Shown piece after piece: positions 54,281-63,983 of a stretch of 64,000 nucleotides of DNA (positions within the stretch are counted from its first letter, which is position 1; every line of letters starts with the position of its first letter). The position numbers and the translations under genes were made by a program. A model generated the notes under the pieces. That model ran no database searches, had not been told where the DNA came from, and saw only the letters and a list, made by a program, of their open reading frames with translations. The stretch comes from an uncultured bacterium. GTDB taxonomy: Bacteria > Muiribacteriota > Ozemobacteria > Ozemobacterales > Ozemobacteraceae. The DNA lies in the NCBI GenBank assembly GCA_937949615.1, contig CALEDQ010000008.1, forward strand, positions 700,618-764,617, in the 5' to 3' direction.

Positions 54281-55322
54281 CTTCCTCCATGAACATCGGT
54301 ACAGCGCTTGAAGTCTCAAGCTTTTCTGAAAAATCAGAATCGCCTTCGTCTGCAACCGGCTGCCACTCGGCATTCATGCCACCTTTTTTCTTGCGCATCG
54401 GCGAAATGACGACACGACGCATTGGTTCGGTTCCCTTTGAGAAAGTTTCGATATCGGTGCGGTCTTTCAGAGCCATGTGAATTGTGCGGCGATCAAGGGT
54501 CGACATTGGCTCGAGTTCGACCTGGCGGCGGCTCGAAACTGCCTTTTTGCACATGCGCTGTGCCAGCATGATGAGATTGCGGTAACGCTTTTCGCGGTAT
54601 CCCTGAGCATCGAGAACCAGCTTGATGCGATCGTCATTGCCCTTGTTAAGAATAATATTCATGAGATACTGAAGAGAATCGAGCGTGCGCCCGCGCTTGC
54701 CAATAAGCTGTGAAACATTCTCGCCGCTGGCTTCGATAACCCAGGCGCCATCGCGCATAAAATCAACGAGATCAAGCTGCTCGATGCCAACATTGGCGGC
54801 CACATCACGAATCAGCGAGAAAATCTCGTTATACTCCGGATGTGCCTTAACTTCGGCTGTAACAGGCTCTCTTGGGCGTTCAGGAAGGTGAATTTCGACT
54901 TCTTCGGCACCTTCACCTGCTTCAGAATAATTGCGACGCGGCGGGCGATTGCGGTTCTGCCGTCTGGGCGGTCTTGACTGGCGCCGTGGTGGCATTGCAT
55001 CGCGTTCATCGGCATTATTATCTTCATTACTGAAATCATCAACCTTTGCAGGTCTGGCGGCTCTTTCGACCCGCGGCTCATCGAGCGGCCGGCGTTCGGC
55101 AATTTTTTCGGTTCTTTCGACTTTGGGTGCCGGAGCGGGCTTTTCACCAATGGTAAAGCGAATCTTGTATTCCTGCTTGCCGACGAAACCAAAAATGCCA
55201 CGGGCCGGGGCAGACAGAACTTCAGTAGCCACAATCATTTCATTACCATTAAGTTCGCCGTTGGCAATGCCTTTGGCTTCCTCTTCAGTTTTTGCAATAA
55301 TCTCGATAGTTCTTGTAGACAC
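54273..55322 (-). CDS. jag: Jag/KhpB RNA-binding protein (Jag_N, KH and R3H domains)
   Basis: Jag_N-like MSTRTIEIIAKTEEEAKGIA. KH-type IGKRGRTLDSLQYL. R3H-type ELEPMSTLDRRTIHMAL. An R/P-rich insert RRQSRPPRRQNRNRPPRR. Confidence 0.8.
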   Translation of the reverse strand: MSTRTIEIIAKTEEEAKGIANGELNGNEMIVATEVLSAPARGIFGFVGKQEYKIRFTIGEKPAPAPKVERTEKIAERRPLDEPRVERAARPAKVDDFSNEDNNADERDAMPPRRQSRPPRRQNRNRPPRRNYSEAGEGAEEVEIHLPERPREPVTAEVKAHPEYNEIFSLIRDVAANVGIEQLDLVDFMRDGAWVIEASGENVSQLIGKRGRTLDSLQYLMNIILNKGNDDRIKLVLDAQGYREKRYRNLIMLAQRMCKKAVSSRRQVELEPMSTLDRRTIHMALKDRTDIETFSKGTEPMRRVVISPMRKKKGGMNAEWQPVADEGDSDFSEKLETSSAVPMFMEEDV

Positions 55323-55324
55323 AA

Positions 55325-56944
55325 TTATTCCTCCTTAATGGCAGCCGCGATGCGGTTAGCCTGTAACTGCTGAAGTAATCCGAGAACGCTGCTGGCAAAC
55401 CAGTATACCAGCAGACCGGCCGGCAGTGACCAGGTGATGACAAACATGAACATCGGCATGAAAGCCATCATCTGCTGCTGTTGCGGGTCGGTCATTTTGC
55501 CCTGCTGATAATACATCAGAAGAGCAATCGCAATCGGCAGGATAAGTAACGGGTCGCCCTTGGAAAGGTCGGCGATCCAGAGAAAAGGCGTTTTTCTAAG
55601 TTCAACCGCAATTCTGATAGTGTTGTAAAGAGCGATCAGAATCGGCAGCTGAAGCAACAACGGCAGACAACCGCCAAGCGGGTTGACATTATTTTTCTGA
55701 TAAAGTTTGAGAACTTCTTCATTGAACTTCTGCGGATTATCTTTATAGCGGTCTTTGAGATCCTGCACTTTAGGCTGCATCTTCTGCATCTGTGCCATCG
55801 ATTTCGTCTGTTTGAGAGTCAGCGGGTAAAGAACTGCCCGCACCAAAATCGTCATAAGAATAATCGCCAGCCCATAGTTCGGAAAAAGGCCATAAAAGAA
55901 CTGCAGCACTCTTAACAGAATGGTACTGAGAAAGCCATATTCAGAGACCTGGCCACGATTGATGCTGGTAAGTTGATCGAGAATCATCGGACCGGCATAA
56001 ACGCGAAACTTGAATGTTCTTGTCTCTCGCGCGCCAAGATTGAACTTTGGCACTACACAACTGATGTTGAAACCCTTATGAGGTTTGTGGCGCTGGTCGG
56101 TTGAAGAGACTTCATAGGCAGTAGCCCCGACTCTTGCCGACTCATCGGCTTCGAGGAGAACACAGAAATACTGATCCCGTAATCCAACTCCATTATAGGC
56201 GCCGGCGACAGCACCTTTTCCATTAAAATCCTTAACGTCAGAAAACTTTTCGACAGCTCCGGGTTTTAGACCGAGCAGGCTCATCGGACCATATGGATCG
56301 AGAAAAACGCCGGGCCCGAAGCTCATTGCCAGCGAACCACTCTCGTCATTACCAACACTGACCAGTTGGTCTCTAAGGTTGCTGACAATGTGTTCAACAT
56401 TAAAATGATAAGCATTTTCGTGGAAGGTGAAACGCTTGGTGAGAGACAATCCCTGGCTGGCAGAAGCGTTTGCTTCTGCCAGTGAAACATTGGCAGTAGC
56501 TCTGATAACAACAGCTTCAGCTGTCTGCTCTTCAACCTCGACAGTATAACCCGAGGCATTTAATGGCTGACTGACCAGCTCGCTCAAGAATGGCCGCAGA
56601 TTTTCTGCCGGAATGTTGTAGCCGAGGTCTTGAATTACGGGCGGGTAAAGGTTCTCTTCAAAACTTGCTCCCTTGAGGTAGTAGACACTCGGGCTGCCAG
56701 TCCGACTCGAAAGAATTACACGAAGCAGGCGGGTTTCCAGCGAAGCATCTTTGAGACCATCTCCATCGACATCTTCGACCTTAACAGTCATTGGCACGGT
56801 ATTTTGAGCAGACACCGGGGTCTGAGCCAACAGGAGATTTGCATGGCAACAAAAAAGAACCAATAACAGAAACGAGCAGAAAAGCCTGCCCGTCAAAAAA
56901 TTAAAGCTAAAATTCATTTTTCTGGTCAGGCCTGTTCTAGTCAT
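55325..56944 (-). CDS. yidC: Membrane protein insertase YidC (long form with a periplasmic P1 domain)
   Basis: The C-terminal 60-kDa-IMP core has YGLAIILMTILVRAVLYPLTLKQTKSMAQMQKMQPK, NPLGGCLPLLLQLPILIALY and PAGLLVYWFASSV. It is preceded by a periplasmic domain of about 300 aa. Confidence 0.9.
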   Translation of the reverse strand: MTRTGLTRKMNFSFNFLTGRLFCSFLLLVLFCCHANLLLAQTPVSAQNTVPMTVKVEDVDGDGLKDASLETRLLRVILSSRTGSPSVYYLKGASFEENLYPPVIQDLGYNIPAENLRPFLSELVSQPLNASGYTVEVEEQTAEAVVIRATANVSLAEANASASQGLSLTKRFTFHENAYHFNVEHIVSNLRDQLVSVGNDESGSLAMSFGPGVFLDPYGPMSLLGLKPGAVEKFSDVKDFNGKGAVAGAYNGVGLRDQYFCVLLEADESARVGATAYEVSSTDQRHKPHKGFNISCVVPKFNLGARETRTFKFRVYAGPMILDQLTSINRGQVSEYGFLSTILLRVLQFFYGLFPNYGLAIILMTILVRAVLYPLTLKQTKSMAQMQKMQPKVQDLKDRYKDNPQKFNEEVLKLYQKNNVNPLGGCLPLLLQLPILIALYNTIRIAVELRKTPFLWIADLSKGDPLLILPIAIALLMYYQQGKMTDPQQQQMMAFMPMFMFVITWSLPAGLLVYWFASSVLGLLQQLQANRIAAAIKEE

Positions 56945-56986
56945 TATGTAATCGTTTCTCCGAAACCGGGATTATATTTCTGTCTG

Positions 56987-57229
56987 CTATCTGACAGGAT
57001 CGTCGCCACCGCGACAAAATGGGTTGCATCGGCATATCCGCCAGGCTCCCATCAAAGACCCCTTAACAAGGCCGTATTTTTCGATAGCCTCATAGGTATA
57101 TCTTGAGCAGCTGGGGTTAAACCTACATGCAGCGCCGATAATCGGCGACAAAAAGCGCTGATAAAGTCGTATCAACATCAGCCCCGACCTTGCGGGCAGC
57201 GTGCCTATCTGGTTAGTTCTCATCAACAT
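56987..57229 (-). CDS. yidD: Membrane protein insertion efficiency factor YidD
   Basis: [49 protein letters not shown]. Confidence 0.85.
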   Translation of the reverse strand: MLMRTNQIGTLPARSGLMLIRLYQRFLSPIIGAACRFNPSCSRYTYEAIEKYGLVKGSLMGAWRICRCNPFCRGGDDPVR

Positions 57230-57594
57230 GAAGAAACTGCCATATCTGGCAATTTAACTCGAGAAATACGGGCAAACGCCCATTCGCAGGTTTCTTTCAA
57301 AATCTCATAGGTCAATTCACAGCAGGGCTTGCTGACGCAAAAAACTATTTCAGCATAATCCGGCAACGTCGCACTGTTTCTGACAATTTCCTTCAGTCGA
57401 CGCCGCACCTTATTTCTTTCAACAGCTTTGCCAAAGCGTTTCGGAATTGAAACCCCAAAACGGAATTCAACCCCAAAAGCCTTCCGATAGCAAAAACCCA
57501 GCCCATTCCGAAACAGCCGGGTCTTTGCAGCAAAGACCCGCTGAAACTCGGAATGAGCACACAAAGTCAACCGACCAGTGACACGGCCATCCAC
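57223..57594 (-). CDS. rnpA: Ribonuclease P protein component
   Basis: [27 protein letters not shown] signature. Position between rpmH and yidD. The GTG start is uncertain. Confidence 0.8.
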   Translation of the reverse strand: MDGRVTGRLTLCAHSEFQRVFAAKTRLFRNGLGFCYRKAFGVEFRFGVSIPKRFGKAVERNKVRRRLKEIVRNSATLPDYAEIVFCVSKPCCELTYEILKETCEWAFARISRVKLPDMAVSSC

Positions 57595-57603
57595 ATTCGT
57601 GGA

Positions 57604-57738
57604 TCAGAGACAGATGTTCTTGCGGCCGTGGCGTCTGCGTCTTTTGAGAACATTGCGACCGCTGACAGTGGCCATTCTTTTTCTGAAGCCGTGGGTTTTG
57701 GCACGTTTGCGTTTGTTAGGATTATAAGTAAAGCTCAT
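57604..57738 (-). CDS. rpmH: 50S ribosomal protein L34 (44 aa; below the ORF-track length cut-off)
   Basis: Hand translation of the minus strand gives [44 protein letters not shown] then stop. SD aggaga lies upstream. Confidence 0.9.
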   Translation of the reverse strand: MSFTYNPNKRKRAKTHGFRKRMATVSGRNVLKRRRRHGRKNICL

Positions 57739-57777
57739 GGTTTATCTCCTGAGATTAAAATCTGAATAGAGGTAACC

Positions 57778-57806
57778 ACTATATACCATAACCTTAAGTT
57801 TGTCAA
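57778..57806 (-). promoter_or_regulatory. Sigma70 promoter for rpmH-rnpA
   Basis: Minus strand consensus TTGACA, 17 nt, TATAGT. It lies about 40 nt upstream of the rpmH ATG. Confidence 0.55.
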
Positions 57807-57871
57807 CAGCCAGACGAAGCAACTTCTGAGCGTATTTGGCGAGAGCGCACATCAATGCGATGTACACTCTG

Positions 57872-60800
57872 TCATCCCTGGTACAATTCTGTGTTCAAAG
57901 CAAAAGCCTCGACCGCCTGTTTCTTTCCTTTAATTACCAGATCTGGCAATCTGACAGCATTTCTGGCATATTCCTCACCATCGGCAGACGCTTTCTGCAA
58001 CGCCGCCCACGTAGCTGAGCAGAGAACAATTTCTTTACCGGTATCAAGAGAACAAAGCCGGGCAGCAAGATTAACCACATCACCGATAACTGCTTGTTCA
58101 AGCCTGGTTGTTTCTGAACCAATAATTCCGGATCTGACCGTTCCAGTAGTGATACCGGCTCTAATTTTTATAGATCCGTCAAGAAATTTATGCCGACGCA
58201 GACGATCCAGAACCACAAGAACTGATTTTACAGCCGCCCCAGCCTTTGTGCCAGCCTCATCCTCTGAATCGACAAAAAAGGTTACCATCGCCTTTTCTGC
58301 AATGAACTTGCTGACCTCACCACCATTCTGCTTAACACTGCTGCAAACAGCTGAAAAGAACCGATTAAGCTCCGCAACCATCTGTGCAGCGGCATTTTCT
58401 TTAAAAGCGTCGGTGACTCCGGCCACCCTGATGAACATGATTACCGCTTTTCGCGACTGCAAAGCCCCCTTTCGATCAATCTTTTCTGAAGCAGTTATTG
58501 TCTGAAGCGCCCCATCGGAAACAAATTTGCGCAAAATCCGTCCCGTCTCGACATCAGCTGCCACCTGATTGAAGCTTCTGGCAATCTGGCAGAATTCCTC
58601 ATCAGACCAGTCTTCATCCATCCTGACCGAGAGATCTCCATCTATGAGCTTTTCTGCAGTTTCAGCAAAGCATTTAACCGGAACAACGAAGCCTGATGCC
58701 ATTTTCCAGCCAATGTAACCACAGAGAATAAAAATAAGCACCATCGACAGTCGCAGTTCTGATTGAAAACGCCGATAATTTTGAATGTTACCAGATACCG
58801 GAATCAGCGCCGAAAGCTGATAATCAACCAAATCAGAACCGGGGAAAGTGGCAAAGAACCACTTTTGCTCTTCCCAGTCGAGTTCAAGCACCAGAGGCTC
58901 GGCCGCATAACTGCTCAAATGAGCCATCAAGGCAATTTTATCGGGCAGCAGTCCGTAAACAAAACGCATCAGACCAAACTTGCCGCCAGTGGCGACACGC
59001 CCGAAAGGAGCCTTCAAATACCATCCGGGAGCGTTCTTTTTCTTGATCAGCCAGATTGGCTGAAACGAGCTTCGATAGAAATTGGCCACCCAGCGGTTGA
59101 AAGCAACACACTCGAGCGAAGGAGGGTAAACAGCGACAAGCAAAGCACCATTTACTGATGATTCTTCCCGCAGGAAGCGATGATAAAGAAATGCCTGGTC
59201 ACCAAACCCGCTAAATTTTGTCAGATGTGTGTAGGTATGTGCCATGGCAGGAAATATCTCAGGCAACAGAACACTGCTCATAATTCCAAGAACCTCTTCA
59301 GCCTGAGCCTTGAGCAGTACATCTTTTTCATCAGCTTTGCCAAGAGCAGGATTCATCGCCTGAAGAGTTGGCAGAAAAATACTGGCACCCAGATGCTGAA
59401 AGAATTTCTCTTCAGAACTGTTGCTGCCGGCAAACCGCGATACGATATGGCCCCGATCGCCTACCAGCAGAACATTTTTCATGACCACTCCATTGGCAAT
59501 AAAAGTGTCGAGAAAACTGCCAAGCCATTCTTTTTTGTCGTAGTCAGACATTTCACCAAGTTTGATTTCAGCTTCATGACTTTCTGCGTGATGAATCAGA
59601 TTCTCTGCAAGAGAACAGATACGAGTTCTAAAGAGTTTGATCGACTTATCGAAAGCATCGAGAGCTTCTTCGCTTTCAGACCTTATTCTCTGCAGCGAAG
59701 AATTCATGGTCGAATCCAGATAACGCTCAAGGCTTACTGTTGCAAGAAGGAACGGTGGAAGAAGAAAAATTGAAACAAGAGCTGCAAGCTGTGCTCTAAG
59801 ACCGACCCGAATTTTTTTGCGCATGATCAGGTGATTACCGCAGAAGTAAACAATCAGGGCAAACCAGGCAAGCAGAAGACTGAAAACAGTTTTTCGCAAC
59901 AGCTTTATCGAAGGCATCTCGTCCAAAGCCGGCCTGGCAATGACAATCCTGCGATTACTCAGATCAGACAGTTCTGTCTGCACATAGAGCCACTTTCCTG
60001 TTCGCACAATGCCTCCGGCATTAAGCCTTCTCGCTTCGGTAAGCTCGGGGTATTTATCAAAGTCACGGCTTTGAATCCATCCGGAACGCCTTTTACCCTC
60101 TCTTGGCGGCGAAAGCGCAATACTGGCCCCAAGACGGCCAAAATTATCGACAAGCCCCTTTGCAAAACGTTCTCCACAGGCCCGGCGATAATTATCTTCA
60201 TCAAACACAATGACAACGAGAGCCGCAATCTGGCTCAATCCCTGGGCATTACCGGCGGTATCGGGTTTAATTGCCGACATAAGGTTTTCTGACTCTGCAT
60301 ATCTGCCATTTTTCAGAATCGGAAACCACATGAAATGAAACTGACGGTTGTCGATAAAACAAGGCTGGAAACACCTGACAGCAGAGCAGATAAACCTTGT
60401 CATCTCCGCATCGGCTTTATCGTCGAGATAGCTTTTGAATTTTCTACTGCTCTCTTCTCTAAATTCATAGGAAATGTTCATATCCGCCAGATAAGACAAT
60501 CCTCTGTAAGCCAGAAGACGCAAAATTTCTGTTTCAATCCCATCGTTTTCGCCAGAAGAAAATTTTTCCTGAAGCTCATTTCCGACAATAAGCATATTTG
60601 CAGGTTGCGAGGCTACCGTCAGCAGCGTCCAGCGGTATCGGCCAGGCAAAGATACTGATCCGGAACTTAAAACGGTGGCAAAATCAGCAATCGTATCTTC
60701 CTGAATGCCGGCTTTTTCAATTATTCCCTTAAAGCTTTCCGTAAGCTCCGCCGCAATGTCGAAGCCGACATGAAGCTTTCTTAGAGCTGCTCGCTGAGCA

Positions 60801-60970
60801 AACTTCAAGTCATTCAACAAGTATCTTCTAATAACCGAATCGGTTTGCTCGGCACTGGCCGCGGCATAGCGTTTGAAACTCGCCCAGACTGACAGAGATA
60901 TCAACATGGCGGCAAGTATTACTGCCGCAGCCAGCATAAAACCAGTCTTATTTTTTTCAGGATTCAGCAA
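57872..60970 (-). CDS. Membrane receptor with HAMP and a class III cyclase-homology domain that lacks both metal-binding Asp residues ('C2-like' half)
   Basis: Same 4-TM, double-ectodomain layout as its neighbour. HAMP (FVVPVKCFAETAEKLIDGDLSV..). The CHD reads IMFIRVAGVT (Asp->Arg) and SKFIAEKAMVTF (Gly-Asp->Ala-Glu). It keeps the Lys of KFI and the Asn/Arg of IGDVVNLAARL. Confidence 0.8.
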   Translation of the reverse strand: MLNPEKNKTGFMLAAAVILAAMLISLSVWASFKRYAAASAEQTDSVIRRYLLNDLKFAQRAALRKLHVGFDIAAELTESFKGIIEKAGIQEDTIADFATVLSSGSVSLPGRYRWTLLTVASQPANMLIVGNELQEKFSSGENDGIETEILRLLAYRGLSYLADMNISYEFREESSRKFKSYLDDKADAEMTRFICSAVRCFQPCFIDNRQFHFMWFPILKNGRYAESENLMSAIKPDTAGNAQGLSQIAALVVIVFDEDNYRRACGERFAKGLVDNFGRLGASIALSPPREGKRRSGWIQSRDFDKYPELTEARRLNAGGIVRTGKWLYVQTELSDLSNRRIVIARPALDEMPSIKLLRKTVFSLLLAWFALIVYFCGNHLIMRKKIRVGLRAQLAALVSIFLLPPFLLATVSLERYLDSTMNSSLQRIRSESEEALDAFDKSIKLFRTRICSLAENLIHHAESHEAEIKLGEMSDYDKKEWLGSFLDTFIANGVVMKNVLLVGDRGHIVSRFAGSNSSEEKFFQHLGASIFLPTLQAMNPALGKADEKDVLLKAQAEEVLGIMSSVLLPEIFPAMAHTYTHLTKFSGFGDQAFLYHRFLREESSVNGALLVAVYPPSLECVAFNRWVANFYRSSFQPIWLIKKKNAPGWYLKAPFGRVATGGKFGLMRFVYGLLPDKIALMAHLSSYAAEPLVLELDWEEQKWFFATFPGSDLVDYQLSALIPVSGNIQNYRRFQSELRLSMVLIFILCGYIGWKMASGFVVPVKCFAETAEKLIDGDLSVRMDEDWSDEEFCQIARSFNQVAADVETGRILRKFVSDGALQTITASEKIDRKGALQSRKAVIMFIRVAGVTDAFKENAAAQMVAELNRFFSAVCSSVKQNGGEVSKFIAEKAMVTFFVDSEDEAGTKAGAAVKSVLVVLDRLRRHKFLDGSIKIRAGITTGTVRSGIIGSETTRLEQAVIGDVVNLAARLCSLDTGKEIVLCSATWAALQKASADGEEYARNAVRLPDLVIKGKKQAVEAFALNTELYQG

Positions 60971-63900
60971 GACTTTTCACCTCAAAAAATCTGGAATCAC
61001 CTAGAATTGGAGCATATTCGAATCTGCTGACAGAATTTTTGAGATCTTCAGTGACTACGATACCTGTAAACGCACCTAATTTTGAGGCCGTTTCCGCATC
61101 TTCAGCCACATGCAGGGTATCGCCCGCAATCGTATAGTCAAGCCTTACTCCTGAATTTCCCATGATTCCGGCAAGGATTTCACCGCGGGCAAGCCCGACA
61201 CCGATGTCAACCACGAACAAACCCGCTGCAATCCGTTCTTGCTGAATGCGCTGATGCAATCTTTTCATCTCGATCGCTGCATTCATAGCAGAACTACACA
61301 TCGGCCCGGCGTCTTCATAAAAAATAGCCCAAACCGCGTCGCCGACAAAGCGGTCGATAACACCGCCGTTTTTTTCTATTACCGCTGCCATGGCGCTCAA
61401 ATGATGATTAACCATATCAAAAACATCTTCTGCCCGAAATTCTTCTGAAATAGTTGTGAAAGAGCGGATATCGGAAACAAGAACAATCGCTTTTCTTATT
61501 GTGCCGGCACCGGCCTTGATGAAGTTACTCGCGAGAACCTGATTGACAGCCTGTGGTGCAACAAATCTCTTTATTTTTTCCCGTTCCCTTATCCAGTCAG
61601 ACATTTTTTGAATAGACCCGGCAGTAGCAGCAATTTCATCTTCTCTACCAGCAAGTCCATCTGCAGAGATATAACCGGTCCCAATTTTTTCAAGCGCGGG
61701 AATGAATGATCGTAAAGGGTTACCTATCCAGATAGAAACGAATATTGAACCAGAAATAACGACAACCAGCAAAAGCAGCATGGTAATCACCATGCTGAAC
61801 TGTTCGAAAAAAATCATCATTTCTACGTGATAAGCAGGTAATCTGGCGACGAACACATATCCCGGCATGCGTTGCGATGGCACCATTATACTGGCATAAT
61901 CAGCATCAAAAACATAGGCAGTCCTCTCAGCCGGCAACTGAGTCAACTTGTCAAAACCACCGGTATGGCCGGTTGCCTCAACAAGTTTTGGCTGTCCACC
62001 AGTGTTTTTATAAACCGCAATATCTGGAGAATAACCCGCAGCTCTGCGATAGTTAACTGCCTCCTGCGGCAGACTCAACCGCAAAATTTTCTGAAACATG
62101 GTTTCGGGGCGTAAAAGAACCATGAATACGGCAAACGGCCTTCCAGCAAGATTTATCTGATGCAGATAGCTCAAGGCAAAATCGTTGCCGGTAAAAACAT
62201 CCGATACGCTCTCAAATCTCTCTTTTGCAAGACCGAAATTCTCCTGAACCCTGAAGTCTGAAGTTGTCGTTATTGCAGGCACCCTTCTCTCAGCGTCGGA
62301 ATATCTTGAAGAAGGTGAATATTTCTGGTAAAGATCAGCATCGACCTGCTTCAGATACTTATCAAGTATCGACCCGAACAAGGCCCGGCATGACCTGCGA
62401 TAACTGGCAGAACTGTCTTTCAGAAAAGAACTGAAGCACCAGCCACCCTGAGTGACCAGGATAACTGCCGCAGGGTCAATACCCCGACGCTGGAATTCAG
62501 AACGTGCAAAATCCAGAAGCTTTGTATCTAATTCTGGTTCTGTCGGCAATTTGAAAGCTTCATTGATAATTTGTCTATCAGAAGTGATTTTGGCGGCAGC
62601 GTCAGAAAAAACCTCTGAAACTCCTGCCATCTCAGATTCAACCTGAAGCACCAGCTGATGCAGGTCACGATGCAGCCCAGAAATTTTAACTTCACGGAGA
62701 TCCTGAAGGGTTGCCGCAAGAGAACCAATGGTGAGCCCGGCCGGAAAAGCTGCAAAAGCAGAAAACCACAAAAGAACCCTGATCTGAATTCTTATCGTTG
62801 GCAGACGGCGAAAGATAAGGCTTCTGATCAGAAAAATCGACCAGATGCCGGACAAAATGGCAAAATACCATTTAACCGCCTCCTGACGAGGCGAGAGCGG
62901 AATCTGGGGCATTTCTCCAAGCAACAGCACAGCAAAGCCGCTGGTTGGATCTGAATAACATATGCGTGCGATTTTGCTGCCGAGCGGAAAAGCTTTCCCC
63001 ATAAGTTCTACAGGCAGCTGCAGGTGTGACTGTTCGCTATTCAGAGACTTTTCCGGAAAGTTTTTTTGAAAAAAGTTCCAGATATCTGCAACTGTCCGGG
63101 CATCTGCAAACATTGGATGCACAATCAGAGATTTATCAGAATCTTTCCGGTAATTCAACATGGCCGGCCAGCATGTTCCATCAGCCTTGACATGTCGACT
63201 GACAACAGACCAGCCACTGACAATCCTTTCTGCCAGGCCATTTTCTCTCGAAAAGCTGACAGGCAGCAGCATAAAAAAACCGGCGCGGGCTTTCCCTCCT
63301 TCCGGCTTCAACATCATTTCCCAGGTAAAATAATAATTGCGACCCTGGAAAATTACCGGAACCGGCTTGAGGCGAAAATCTGGCAGAAACATCTCAATAA
63401 AAGCCATTTTGCCGAAAAGAGTTCGAATGCGCTGTTCCCAGTTGCTTCCAGACAATTCCGATGTTCCATTTTCAACATGATCAACTATCTGCCTGAATAA
63501 TTGCCGAAAAAGATAGCCAGAAACGCGGCGATCAGTGCAATTCATCGCCCATTCACCGTTTTTCGGAAAAAACTGCATGATTATCGGCCGGTCTTTTTCT
63601 TTTTGAAAAAGCAGTTCAGCTGCCTGTTCAAGCGCCAGCTGATAATCGGAAGTTTTTGCAGCCAGCGCCTGACTGGTATTAAAATACTCGATGGCCATTT
63701 CACGACACCAGAACTCAGGCGAAGTTGCCTGAAACATACGCTCGGCCAGAGCGTCGTTCTTTTTGAACCAACCGGAAAATATCTGGCGGCGAGCCCAGAC
63801 GTCTTCCCCGTCAGGGTGCCAGTCCCATGCAATAATCAAACCAGGCGCCAGACTGAGAAGAAAAATCATCAACCAGCTGTAATAGTGGTTGAAAGACATG

Positions 63901-63983
63901 TCAGACCGTTGCCTGCCGTTAACTGCGTCAGAACTCATCTGATTTTTATTCCCTTTAAAATGTCGAGCCCTCTGCTGCGGCAA
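60957..63983 (-). CDS. Membrane receptor with HAMP and a class III cyclase-homology domain that keeps the metal Asp residues but lacks Lys/Asn/Arg ('C1-like' half)
   Basis: The CHD reads VLVSDIRSFT and DRFVGDAVWAIF, so both Asp are present and the specificity Lys is Arg. AGDTLHVAEDAE replaces the canonical GDtVNvAsRlE (Asn->His, Arg->Asp). 14-nt overlap with the downstream cyclase gene. Confidence 0.8.
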   Translation of the reverse strand: MPQQRARHFKGNKNQMSSDAVNGRQRSDMSFNHYYSWLMIFLLSLAPGLIIAWDWHPDGEDVWARRQIFSGWFKKNDALAERMFQATSPEFWCREMAIEYFNTSQALAAKTSDYQLALEQAAELLFQKEKDRPIIMQFFPKNGEWAMNCTDRRVSGYLFRQLFRQIVDHVENGTSELSGSNWEQRIRTLFGKMAFIEMFLPDFRLKPVPVIFQGRNYYFTWEMMLKPEGGKARAGFFMLLPVSFSRENGLAERIVSGWSVVSRHVKADGTCWPAMLNYRKDSDKSLIVHPMFADARTVADIWNFFQKNFPEKSLNSEQSHLQLPVELMGKAFPLGSKIARICYSDPTSGFAVLLLGEMPQIPLSPRQEAVKWYFAILSGIWSIFLIRSLIFRRLPTIRIQIRVLLWFSAFAAFPAGLTIGSLAATLQDLREVKISGLHRDLHQLVLQVESEMAGVSEVFSDAAAKITSDRQIINEAFKLPTEPELDTKLLDFARSEFQRRGIDPAAVILVTQGGWCFSSFLKDSSASYRRSCRALFGSILDKYLKQVDADLYQKYSPSSRYSDAERRVPAITTTSDFRVQENFGLAKERFESVSDVFTGNDFALSYLHQINLAGRPFAVFMVLLRPETMFQKILRLSLPQEAVNYRRAAGYSPDIAVYKNTGGQPKLVEATGHTGGFDKLTQLPAERTAYVFDADYASIMVPSQRMPGYVFVARLPAYHVEMMIFFEQFSMVITMLLLLVVVISGSIFVSIWIGNPLRSFIPALEKIGTGYISADGLAGREDEIAATAGSIQKMSDWIREREKIKRFVAPQAVNQVLASNFIKAGAGTIRKAIVLVSDIRSFTTISEEFRAEDVFDMVNHHLSAMAAVIEKNGGVIDRFVGDAVWAIFYEDAGPMCSSAMNAAIEMKRLHQRIQQERIAAGLFVVDIGVGLARGEILAGIMGNSGVRLDYTIAGDTLHVAEDAETASKLGAFTGIVVTEDLKNSVSRFEYAPILGDSRFFEVKSLAES

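Noticed and set aside
54281-54373. N-terminal 31-codon extension of mnmE (ORF-track start 54373)
   Set aside because: It would overlap jag by 100 nt. MnmE homology starts at MSKPKIDTIAAV, whose ATG has an SD and the common ATG/stop overlap with jag.
57589-57604. Palindrome ATCCAC-attc-GTGGAT between rpmH and rnpA, considered as a DnaA box or oriC remnant
   Set aside because: It is a single copy that matches TTATCCACA only partially, with no cluster of boxes or AT-rich unwinding element nearby. It is more simply a small hairpin around the rnpA start.
57855-58505. 216-aa plus-strand ORF over the 3' end of the cyclase gene
   Set aside because: It is antisense to the well-conserved cyclase-homology domain. 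The product is low-complexity S/A/T/P-rich with no signals.
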